A stretch of DNA of 64,000 nucleotides, from contig JBHGNT010000001.1 of assembly GCA_043228905.1 (NCBI GenBank), positions 8,060,001 to 8,124,000 of the forward strand. The letters are read 5' to 3'. The notes beneath the pieces were generated by a model. That model saw only the letters and a program-made list of their open reading frames with translations. It was not told where the DNA came from and did not search any database. Both the position numbers and the translations under genes were made by a program. The stretch comes from Azolla caroliniana. Lineage: Eukaryota > Plantae > Polypodiophyta. This document shows, one piece after another, positions 26,593 through 37,689 of this stretch; the stretch's first letter is position 1; the number at the start of each line of letters is the position of its first letter.

Positions 26593-29558
26593 GCAAAACA
26601 TGTTACCATTGCAAACTGATTTGCAGCTTCTTTCTGTTGCATCTCCTTGAGTTCTTCCCGAGTTATCAGCCTCCCAGCCTATCCAGAAACCCATTAGTTA
26701 GCTAGCTAGCTAGCTAGCTAAATCCCTCTAATTACAAAGTATTCAAAAGAACCTATTGGAAACTAAAATTATTGTGTCGAAAAGGAAGAGCAATTAAAAT
26801 AAGAGGGCAAAATATTACTATATGTAAAATATTATGCAATAAAAGTTTTATCTAGTTTTTCCTAGTTTCAAGGCTGTTTAAAGCTAGGCTTCAAATAGAG
26901 CAAATGGCCTCTCACAGGCAATACAAAAAGATGGGGACAGCAATTTACACATAAAAACTGGATAATAATAAGACTGAAGAAAATAGTAAAAACGTGTGTC
27001 TAATAAAACAATATCACTATATGCATTTGAAACTATTAATAATTACATTGCAAGCCCTTGGACAGGTAAATGGAAATTTCGTGCAAAGTCAAGAATAAAA
27101 TATTTAGAAGAACACAACAAACCTTTCTAAGTGATTCAAATATACTAATCCTTGGTTCATGAAAGTTCGGTCCACGGTAATCGATTTTCTGATTTGGGTC
27201 TCGGTAGTAGTTTGCTGTTGGGTATACTGGATCGCCTCCCCAAACTGCACAAGATATGAAAAGTTTTTAGATAGTTTACCACAAAATAGAACACAATTAA
27301 GAGGTTCAGTTGAAAAGATTTTTAAGTTTACTGATTATCAATAGTTCTAATCGTGAAGATGCATATCTATTACCATGCACAAATCACATTCAATTTTTTG
27401 TTTCCTAGGTTATCAGGGTCACATGCCACTATCATGTAGGTTAAGAAGAAAAAAGACAATGAATTCAAAATTCCTTTCTAAAATCATCTCTGATCTTCAT
27501 GCAAGCTATAGATTCTCTACTATGGGACAATAAATCAAGAATGGAGCTCAAAATATTCAAAATATTCAAAAATATGCAAGCCATCTAAAAAGTGTATAGG
27601 TAAAAATATTTGACATTGAAGCATGAGTTGCAAGAAAACAAGCTTAGACTGCCAAAGCAACATCAAATTAGCCTCTCAGAAAGATTTAATAAACAAGGTC
27701 TGAAAAGATACACCCACTTGCTTTTTTCTCCTCCAAACTCATGCGAATCGCTAGTGGATCTCTTTCAATGCGAGGATCTGTTCCCATCATGATCCGATAC
27801 TCTGCAAAAGTTTGATGTGCAAACATCTCAATGAGTTGTGCAGATTCAGTTTGTCCTGTCTCTTCATATCGTTTCTTCACAGCTTCTTTTGAGCAGTCTT
27901 TCTTCCACGCCTTGACCCACTCACTATAATATGCCATTGCACCTATCTCTCTCCGCCTTTTCTTTTCAAGTTCAATTCTATAAGCACCCAGAATCAATAT
28001 AAAACATAAGAAGACATAGTGCTTTCTGTGTACATTATTTTATCCACTGATTTTTAAGCGAGCTTATTTATAGACATGGTCTTACCTTTCCTTTTTCAGA
28101 GCATGTTTCCGAGCACGTGCAAGAACTGTTTCAGTAACAGTAGGCTTCTCACCAAATAACTTGATCTGGCCAGATTTCGCCGCTGCAGCGGCCAAGACCT
28201 GTAGAAAAACATTGCACTGAGAAGGGTAGAAGAAGAATACCTTTCGACTGATGGATCAAGTGACTTACATTTTAGAGAGTCTTACTAATTCACTTAGCAA
28301 ATTCTTAGCTCTTATCGCAACTGTGTTACTCGCTCACTTCACAAATACTTAGTTTTTACTTGCTCACTTCACATATTCTTAGTTCTGAACTCATTTACTT
28401 TACATATACTTAAATTCTTATTCACACACTTTGCATATACTTGGTGCTGACTCACCACAGACTTCACATAAACTTAGTTCCTTCTTGATCACTTAAAGGA
28501 AGTTCTGACAAAGGCTTCAAACTGAACTACATTTGAATTATTACTTGGCAAAATAATTGGTCCATTCTTAGTGTCCGAAAATGTTATGAAAAAACCCCTA
28601 CTTACCGCAAAGTTATCAGGGGGTGGCCTACTGAAATCATGCCATGGCTCTTTCTCAGGTGGAATCTTCCGCCAGTTGTACCACAATTTTTCATCAGGTA
28701 GCGGAGTGAGGTCTTTCACTGGCTCCTCTTCAGGTTCCTTTGCATCAGGGTCTTTGTATGTTACATATTCATCTCTATACTCATCACCATCTTCTTCGTC
28801 TTCGTATTCTTCCTTTCTTTCGAGAGTTTGTATACCTTTATTCAAGAAATATCTTAAGCACTGGAAGTTAGGATGAAATCACTATCTTTCAAAATACTTT
28901 GCAAATATAAAGAAAGGAAGAAGATAAAGATCTTAAATGAAATATCTCGTAACACTTCTGCATAAATACAAGATGAACTGAACTACTAAAACGTCAAGAA
29001 ACATAAAGCATGGGACACACATGACAAAACATAACCTGAAATCATGATCGTTCAAATCTCTTTAAAAAACGACATCAATGTGTTTGACAAGATGAAATTG
29101 TGATATTTCAGAAGATTTATAAAAGAACAAAAACTATAGAGAAACTAAAAGTTTGAAAACAAAAAAAGACAGAAATCCTAATGAAATAGACTAAGCAATT
29201 TGGCATATATGGTAATATGTAAGACAGCTATCCTGAAGAAATAGCTCAAGCAAATGGGCATATTTATAGATGCTCACGAGATAGACATCTCAATGAAATA
29301 TCTTAAGACATACGTATAACACATAATGACCCGCAAGACAAGAAATCTCAATGAAAAATCTCAAGCAAATATGCAGACATAAAAAGACACAAATTATATG
29401 GGATACGAAGGGGAAAAGGAAAACCATTCACGTGCAGGTAAACATCAGTAATATATATACACAATATCACACATATACATGTAAAGACACATAGTGCACA
29501 ATATGTACATACATTTACACATATACACGTAGTGTGCACACACACATACATGATGCAC

Positions 29559-29598
<40 letters not shown>

Positions 29599-30482
29599 CA
29601 AGTACACACACGTGCATGTAAACAACACGCATCCGCAAACACAAACACGAGCATACATATAGATATAGACAGATGAAAAGATTAAGTAAAAGAAGAAGAT
29701 GACAACGAGGTTCTTACTTTGCTGGGATTCAGTTTCCTTGGGAGCTTCTTCCTCAGCCACCTTCCGACGTCGCCGACTGCCCGGCTTCTGTTGAGTAGCC
29801 TTAGAAGATGATGAAGATGGAGAGGAAGTCTTCTTAGGTACATCTGCACGTGTTCTTCTCATGATGCGAGGTACATCAGCCGACCAAAAGGGCTCATCAG
29901 GAATATTGTTTCTACTAGTAGAGAAGGCCGGTCCGGGCTCTCCTGATATATCATCATATGAATGGTATTGAGGAGGTTGAATTGGTGGGTCCACCGCATC
30001 ATCAAGAGTCGATCTGATGCTCAGCCTTAGCTTAGATCTTCTAGTTTGATGATGAAACAAGCTTTCCGATGAAGAAGGAAGAAGCCATATCCTCATGTTT
30101 CTTAGTAATGGTTGAGCACTACCACTGAAGCTGCAGGGAAAGCTCTGATGCCCCTGTGTAAACTGTTTAAACATCAGACGGTTAACAAACAGACCATTAA
30201 AAAAAATTAGAATTTTCAGTTTGGGGTTTCACAAGAAATGGTCTTCACAAGGATGACTGTTTATCTGGTTTTATAAGGGGTTTTCCGGATTTGGGTTTTG
30301 AGATAGGGTTTAAAAATAAACAATTCGACCATAAAGTATTAACAAGAAACAGGCTTTTGGGTTTAAAGTCAGGGTTAGAACTGAAGGTTCCAAAAGAATC
30401 AATTTCGACTCATACAATTAGCAACAAAACTTAAATTTGGGTTTATGGTATGACGAGAGAAAATAGAAACAAATAGACAGAC

Positions 30483-30523
<41 letters not shown>

Positions 30524-30557
30524 TTACCCAGGGAGTATCATATTTCAGAGAAGGCAT
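25371..30557 (-). CDS. PTAC12: pTAC12 / HEMERA / PAP5 (plastid RNA polymerase-associated protein); ~485 aa
   Basis: Exons 30557-30528, 30162(or 30153)-29718, 28835-28606, 28198-28086, 27977-27718, 27244-27123, 26678-26607, 25817-25764, 25675-25562, 25388-25371; phases consistent. Motifs LWYNWRK, SGQIKLFGEKPT, YYSEWVKAWKKD, QLIEMFAHQT..EYRIMMGTD.RI.RDPLA, IWGGDPVYPT, DYRGPNFHEP and AVDIGE match recalled pTAC12. First and last exons are less certain. Confidence 0.9.
25850..26482. repeat. Near-identical tandem duplication, 2 x ~316 bp, in pTAC12 intron
   Basis: gatgaaattcaatccatctataaatac...gtgtagagaacatt at 25850-26164 and 26165-26482. Confidence 0.95.
26504..26592. repeat. (TG)n(AG)n compound microsatellite
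   Basis: Direct reading. Confidence 0.95.
29561..29594. repeat. (CA)n microsatellite
   Basis: Direct reading. Confidence 0.95.
30487..30520. repeat. (AG)n microsatellite at start of pTAC12 intron 1
   Basis: Direct reading. Confidence 0.95.
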
Positions 30558-32089
30558 TGCCTTTCTGCTTCTTCTTCTTTTCCTTACTTCTGCAGAAGAG
30601 ACCCCGCTGCTTGCATGAGCTTGGATTGGAGACTAAAAGAGGAGAGAATTTTATTATATGGACAAGAGGAAGAGATGGATATGTATATGTGTGTGTATGT
30701 CTGTGTGTGTGTGTGAGAGAGAGCTTTCTGGCTTCTAGTTAAGTAAGCCCTTATAAAACCTTTGAGGCCAAGAAAGTTTTTGATGGAAGAAAATTTTTGA
30801 TGGATATGTTGCCCACATTCCATTCCACAAAGCCTTTTATAGGTTCGAGCTCGGACTTTCAACAATCAAGTCTCGCCCCAAAGACCAATCATTTGGAATC
30901 GAGTGGGGCAAAATTATGTATCAACCATGCTTTCAAAGACCTCGTTCATAGTAGTGTAGGATGGCTATCCACATCTAGAGACCCGATCATTTGGTGCATA
31001 AGGGACCCTATATTGAGATCAAAAGTGAGGCCCCAACTAGGATGGTTGTGTTGATAAAAGCATGGATGCTCGAATTGGGGCGCGCTGATAAAAAATCAGA
31101 GGAGTGTCGAGAGATAGATTATGGCTTGGATGTCTCGATTGGGGATATCAACGTATTTGTCAATGAAGTTCTTCATGACTTGGAGCATCTCGATTTAGTG
31201 GATTTATTTCAGCGAGGATGAGGAAAGGTTGGTTAATTAAAAAGAAGTGTAGGATGATGCATCCTTTAAGCAAAAAGGCAATCGTGCCAAGACCAATGTT
31301 GCAAGATAAGAAAAATGTCATGGTTCATGCTGAGATGTTCAATTGGTGGCTCACACTTCCCATCCTCCACTATCTCTTTGGTTGCATCAATTCTTAAACA
31401 TATGATAACTATTCCAACTTGTTCGAAGCCTAGACTCGTAGCATACATGCCACCTGTTTTTCAATGGGACAATCCCTTGCATGTAAATGTGGGATGGTTT
31501 CTTGGTTGTAGAACCTATATCGATGTCTATTATTTTCCCCATCTTGATAGTAAGCTTGTTGGTTCCATAAAATGTTTCTAATACAATGCAACTAGTAACT
31601 AATGTTGCATATTGTTTAGACTATAAGAGAACAACACAACATCATTGGCATATAGGAATATAAAAATAAGCACGCACATGAGTATTTGGCCATGCAATCC
31701 TTTGCAACCTTATGTACAGTTTTTTTCTAGTTTATGGACGCATAAACCAAACTGTGAGGGAGAGAGTAGACATCCTTGCTTAACCCCTATGTTGCTCAAA
31801 ACTTACTTAAAGAAACAATTATACATTTTCAATTTGGCATCCAGAGTGTTTACACAATTATCCCACAATTGCTCTATACTCTAATGGCATTTTGATACGA
31901 CGAGGAAGAGATTTTATAAGTGTATTGATATGTCAAATATGAGATATCAAAATTGAAAATGTAATACATGAGTAAGTCAATAGCAACTCTCGATGTTGGA
32001 ACTTTACCAATGAATGTAGCGGTTGAGAGAGGGAGGGGGGGGAGGGGGTGCCTCAATGCTCCTCTCATCAAACAGGATGTGAACTAAGT

Positions 32090-32520
32090 TGTATTATAGT
32101 AGGAAGCTAAATAAAGGCACACATGCTCTTGACATATTTGGTACAAAGAGTTTATTTGCAAGACCCTCCTCATTTCTCATAGCTTATGATACATTGGCAT
32201 TGCAAAAAATGCATTGTCCATATGACAAACCCCTCTTCCAAACAATTTTCCAAATCTATTTGTTTAGTGTGTGCTTTGGCCTTTTTTTTACTTATTTCTC
32301 GTTCAATTATTGGAAGTACATATGGTTCTTTAGGTTTAGCCCTCCTAAGGAGAGGGTTGTCATTAAGCTCATGCTTTTGTTGTGATACTCAATTGGAAGA
32401 CAATATACATCAATTCATTCTAGGCCCTATTGCACGTGCTATTTGGAAATATTTAGTTGAAATATGGCAAGTATCGTCTTCTTGTTATCTGATGCATAAA
32501 CAATGGGCTTTCAACTAATA
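32090..32520 (+). mobile_element. Decayed LINE ORF2 C-terminal (zf-RVT-like) fragment
   Basis: CFCCDTQLEDNIHQFILGPIARAIWKYL resembles the CxxC...E..H.F..C..A..IW zinc-knuckle of plant LINEs; the frame is disrupted. Confidence 0.55.
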
Positions 32521-32685
32521 TGTGCAATGGGAGTGGTTTTGTTGCATTTCATGCTAACATCTCATAAAGTGGCAGAGCTAGTGAGGCTTGTGCACACCAC
32601 GGGTGCGAACAGTAAGGTGGGTATTATAAACGTGTGTCTATTACCATGGATATACTCTGAAACAGGACATATCATCGAGACCCAC

Positions 32686-33290
32686 CATTGGTGGTGTGCA
32701 AGATGAAGACCAGAATGTCATGCGGGTCAAATCAGCGCCGAGAGACCGACCATGGACCTTCAAGATTGAAATATTGACTTGCCTTCGACTTGACCTTCTA
32801 ATGAAAAGAAGGTCAATCGAGATAAACCTTAAACCTAACATTGGTGGTGTGCACTGTGCAGGATGAAGACAAGAAAGGCATGTGGGTCCAATCAGGCCAA
32901 GAGAGTGACTATGGACCCTCAAGATTGAAATCTTGACTTCACTTTATCTTGACATTCTCTTCACGAGGAGGTCAATCGACATTTGCCTTGAGCCCAACAT
33001 TGGTGGTTTGTGTGTAGGACGAAGCCGAGAAAGTCACGTGGGTCAAATCAAGTTGAGAAACCGACTATGGACCTTCAAGATCGAAATCTTGACTTGACTT
33101 GGAATTGACCTTCTCTTCACTAGAAGGTCAGTCGAGATCAGCCTTAGACCCAACATTGGTGGTATGTAGGATGAAGACCTGAGAGTCATGCGGGTCAAAT
33201 CCGACTATGGACCTTCAAGACTTGCATCACCAGAAATATATGTATAAAATCTTGACTTCTTTTTGACTTGACCTTCTCTTCACAAGAAGG
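32686..33290. repeat. Tandem array of four ~155-bp units, each with an internal hairpin
   Basis: cattggtggt anchor at 32686, 32839, 32998, 33154. Shared blocks ggatgaagac, gggtcaaatc, atggaccttcaaga and ttgaccttct...agaaggtca. Confidence 0.9.
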
Positions 33291-33329
33291 CACAGACAGA
33301 GAGGAAGAGAGAGATATAGACTCAGCACC

Positions 33330-35090
33330 ATGGAAGAATTGCTCAACATGGGCTTCTCTGAGGAGCTTGCCACACGGGCCATCTCTGCTACTGGTGGAAG
33401 GTCCACCATGGAAGCTGCAGAATGGCTTCTCAATCATCATCATCATCATCATCATCAGACCTCAGAAGCTGCTTCCTCGTGCCGCTCGAAACAAGCTACT
33501 GTGGATCGATTCTTCTCCATGGATTCTTCTTCAGAAGGTAAACTTCTTTCATCGCAACAAACCTTAAAACGGAGAAGAAATCATGACGAAGAAGAAGAAG
33601 TCGAAAAGACAGTACAAGAAAAGCCAAAACCTAAGGAAAATGAAAAAGAGGAAGAATCTAGGGTTAGGGTTAGGGCTAGCAAGATCCCGTTGGCTGAAAG
33701 GTTGCGACCGCGCTCAGTGGATGAGATTCTTGGTCAAGACCATCTTCTCGGGCCTGGTTGCATCCTTCGGTCCTTGATCGAGGCCAAAACAATGGCCTCT
33801 ATTATTCTCTGGGGTCCACCTGGCTCCGGAAAGACATCTCTGGCACGTGCAATTTCTCGCTCAATCGGCACTTGTCGCTTCGTATCTGCCTCTGCTGTCA
33901 CGAGTGGTGTGCGAGAAGTCAGAGAAATCCTAGATGAAGCTAAAAAGAGATCTAAAGTGGGTATTAGAACTCTATTCTTCATGGATGAGGTGCATAGGTT
34001 CAATAAAGCTCAACAAGATGCTTTTCTTCCTGCAATCGAGGCTGGGGATGTGACATTCATCGGTGCCACCACTGAGAACCCCTCATTTGAGCTCAACCCT
34101 GCCCTCCTCTCGCGGTGCAAGGTCCTTACTTTGAACAAAATACCCCCAGATATTATCAAAAGGCTTCTTGAAAGGGCTCTCTCAGACACTGAAAAGGGAG
34201 TTATGGCCGGTATCGGTGAAGATCCTTCCATTCGGTGGGTACAAGCTGAAGAGGAAGCTTTGGGGTTTCTATCTGATGCTGCTGATGGTGATGCCAGAGT
34301 TGCTCTGAATGCCTTAGAAATTGCAGTTATGTCAGCTGTGTCGAGGGTGAAAAATTGGGCTTCCAAGGAACATGAAACACCCTTCATTAATGTCAATGGA
34401 GGGGGATCAGAACTTGGCAAATCATCCTCGATTCTGAAGTGTGAAGATGTAAACGTAATTGCCTCTGACTCGGTTGAACTCTCTGAAGTCAAAACAGCTT
34501 CAAATGGCAATGTGGATGGTGTGATCATGGTGAGATTAGATGACATCTCAGAAGCTCTACAACGCTCGCATATCCTCTATGACAAGAAAGGAGAAGAGCA
34601 CTACAACATCATAAGTGCACTTCACAAATCTATGCGGGGCGGAGACCCCGACGCAGCCTTATATTGGCTTGCTCGGATGCTCGAAGGGGGGGAGGGGCCT
34701 TTGTATATAGCTCGTCGGCTTGTTAGGTTTGCGAGTGAGGACATAGGACTGGCTGACCCACAAGCACTGACTCTGGCAGTATCTTGCTATCAATCATGCC
34801 ATTTCCTCGGGATGCCAGAGTGCAATGTGCACCTAGCCCAGTGTGTTTCCTATCTAGCACTAGCACCGAAGTCTGTAGCTGTCTATCAGGCTATCAATGA
34901 GGCGCAAGAGTGGGTCAAAAAGAGAGGGAATGAACCTGTTCCTTTGCATTTGAGAAATGCACCAACTGGCTTAATGAGGCAGCTAGGCTATGGACGCGGT
35001 TATATATACCCACCCAATTGCGATGGGCCAGTCAAACAAGATTATCTCCCGCCCTCGCTTCGAGGCCATAAGTTTTTGAAGTGGCCATGA
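33330..35090 (+). CDS. WRNIP1: UBA-domain AAA+ ATPase of the WRNIP1/MgsA(RarA) family; 586 aa, intronless
   Basis: N-terminal UBA (LLNMGFSEELA..A); PLAERLRP; Walker A GPPGSGKT; Walker B FMDEVHRF; IGATTENPSF; MgsA C-terminal YDKKGEEHYNIISALHKSMRG, ASEDIGLAD and VPLHLRNAPT. Confidence 0.95.
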   Translation: MEELLNMGFSEELATRAISATGGRSTMEAAEWLLNHHHHHHHQTSEAASSCRSKQATVDRFFSMDSSSEGKLLSSQQTLKRRRNHDEEEEVEKTVQEKPKPKENEKEEESRVRVRASKIPLAERLRPRSVDEILGQDHLLGPGCILRSLIEAKTMASIILWGPPGSGKTSLARAISRSIGTCRFVSASAVTSGVREVREILDEAKKRSKVGIRTLFFMDEVHRFNKAQQDAFLPAIEAGDVTFIGATTENPSFELNPALLSRCKVLTLNKIPPDIIKRLLERALSDTEKGVMAGIGEDPSIRWVQAEEEALGFLSDAADGDARVALNALEIAVMSAVSRVKNWASKEHETPFINVNGGGSELGKSSSILKCEDVNVIASDSVELSEVKTASNGNVDGVIMVRLDDISEALQRSHILYDKKGEEHYNIISALHKSMRGGDPDAALYWLARMLEGGEGPLYIARRLVRFASEDIGLADPQALTLAVSCYQSCHFLGMPECNVHLAQCVSYLALAPKSVAVYQAINEAQEWVKKRGNEPVPLHLRNAPTGLMRQLGYGRGYIYPPNCDGPVKQDYLPPSLRGHKFLKWP

Positions 35091-35500
35091 ATTGGATACA
35101 TGAAGCTATATGAAAGAAACTCGCTTGAGAGTAAAAAATACAATGAAGGCCTTATACATAGCAGCTTGAGGGTACTGTGCTTGAAATCAGATACATTGAA
35201 GCTCTATGGTAAAAAAACTCTCTTCACAGTAAATAGCCGTATGGCAAGAAGCTTGAGCTTATTCTACAGTTTTGGCAGATGGGTTTTTTGGTCTTGATGG
35301 AGGTCCAGAGCGCTATCGAGAATATGACCAATATCATTCACAAAAACCCTACATTTTTCACTTGAAAATGCGATGCACAGACAATGAATCAGTGCTCTTC
35401 TTGGAATTTCAGAGATATAAAGCAAGAGTAATGACCACTTTTTGGCAAAGAATGTATTGAGCACAAATAACTCAATCTATGTGTGTAGTTGGGTACACTT

Positions 35501-35797
35501 GAGGTTAGGAAACTGTATATATTATTTGATAAGCATATGATCGACCCATTAATTGGCATAATTAATGCTTGGGTACATTCTGGAGAGTTGTATGTCTGGA
35601 TTATTAATCCAAACATACTATTTTGACAGAGAATGTGTTGAAGACATATACTCAATCTGGATATGTTGAGGACAAATTGGTATAGCGTAAGGTTAGGAAA
35701 TTGTATATATATTTTGATAAACATACAAACGACTCATTATTTGGCATAATTAATGCTTGGGTGCATTCTTGAAACCTGTATGTTTGGATTATCAATC
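35501..35797. repeat. Imperfect direct duplication (~108 bp x2) downstream of WRNIP1
   Basis: aggttaggaaa.tgtatata...ttggcataattaatgcttgggt.cattct...tggattat at ~35502 and ~35690. Confidence 0.8.
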
Positions 35798-37689
35798 AGA
35801 ATCGTGTCTTATGGAATGGTGTGCAATGGAATGAACAGAAAGACAATAGCACATTCTCGCTCTCTCAAATTTGGGCTTAGAAGACGTTAATATGTCTTTC
35901 TTTCTTTCTTTCTCTCTCCCATATTTTGCTGGCTACAATTTAGGTTTAGAAAATTAGTTTATGTATTTGGGTGAAACACTCATCTTAACTCATTAGATAT
36001 GGCAATGCTGTGCGTGTGTTTGTGATGCACTATCTGGATGGCTCATTGGCTGTATTCCATGTATTTCAGTTTGATGGATGTTGGTTGGGTTTTGTTCAAT
36101 GACTTATGCTAGAATTGTGCTGTATCAAGTTCACCCGATTTTCTATCAGCAAATCACCTTTAATTGGAGATGTGGAATAGATCAAGGGACAATGCAATAA
36201 ACTGCATTTAGGCTAGTTTCAAAAACATCGTGTGTTTTTTCTTGATAAACTCTCATAAGATGACCATAGTAAGTTACAAATAAGTGGATTTGCTTGCTTC
36301 ATTTCGGATGTGAATCAAATTATAGCATGTACACAAACAATTCAGTTTTCCATAATGGTGATACATCATATATTGGCGCTAATCAAAGCAATAATTGTAC
36401 ATTTGTAATCTTTAGAGCATATGGTGATTGTGTGATCTTTTGCTAGAACTTGGCAACGGCACTAGCATATGGTTGCAACATCCATCATGAACAATGGAAA
36501 GATTTGCTATGGAGCGAAAAACAAAATATTACATCTTGTGCATGATGTGTATTTATTATAAAGGTGTGTAACCCATTGCTATTAGTCTGCTTGTACTTGA
36601 ATTGCTATGACACAAATTGCAAACGCAAATTAATTATTAAAGAAATTGGTCAACCATATGATAGTCTCGAATCAACCTACCCACATTATACTAGCATACC
36701 CTAAAGGCTCATATTGGCTCATGCATTGATTTGCATGAGTATTCTTACCCTTGTCAATGACCATGTGGTTGGTGTTGTTTGGGAGTTAACCATAAGTTAG
36801 TGTGTTAGCTTAGTTCTTGAGATGGAGCTATTGAGAGCTATTTCTATTCTCCTCAATTGTAATAATGTCTTTGATATGGGTTGAAAAATCATCCACAAAT
36901 CATCATTGATATGCGTTGCAAAATCATCCACATGTTGATGTGGCATTCACTATGAGCTTGGTGGCATGTCAACACATAATTAATTACTTTAAGTGATAGA
37001 TCACATGACCTCATATCAACAAACATGATAATAGTGAATGGTTGTTGAGTGATCACATTCCCCATCCTTAGTGTCAATTGACATTTACAAAGTATGTAAG
37101 TTTTTTTCCCCTACCGACATCGTGTTGTCACATTTGTTACATTCCATTCGTTTAATGTGGCCTCACCTCGACAATACACGAACGAGTGTGAATAACTGTT
37201 GTTCGCCACGTTCTCCATCCTTGATAATCACCTTTGAGTGTGTTTGATTGTGGTGTTGACATCAAGCCCATCGGCTTATCCTCATGTTATAACATCCTGC
37301 CTACTCACGTTCCGTCCTTTCCGTCTCCTTGTTATGAAACAAAGGGAGGCAAATGCTCTTTTTTTAATCAATGGCTGTCAATTGACATTGAAACGTCGAG
37401 GCACTTTTTGACAAGGGGGGGCGGATCGACCAAGGGCATTCCGAGGGAATACAGAAAAGAAAGACAGTAAGAGAGACTATAGGGAGAGACATTCGCCGAG
37501 TTTTTCCTTTTCTCCTGGGGATGTAAAACTTGAAGACCCAAGAGGTGGAGTAAAGAGGAAGGGCACTTGCAACAAATTTCCCATTCTCAAGACTTTGGCA
37601 CCCAGACATTTTATTTATTCAAACTCACACAATTTAGAGTGGGAAATCTGCGGCCTTCTTTCTGTTTTTTTTTTGTGTTCACAACTCCA

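Noticed and set aside
26360-26705. ORFs rich in HT/CV/ER dipeptides (also 7068-7250, 11273-11476, 29348-29644)
   Set aside because: These are translations of (CA)n/(AG)n microsatellites.
30780-31600. Several overlapping short ORFs between pTAC12 and WRNIP1
   Set aside because: No coherent gene model; probably LINE debris without a diagnostic motif.
32686-33290. Regularly spaced palindromic repeats superficially resembling a CRISPR array
   Set aside because: The whole ~155-bp unit is repeated with no unique spacers, there are no cas genes, and the context is eukaryotic.
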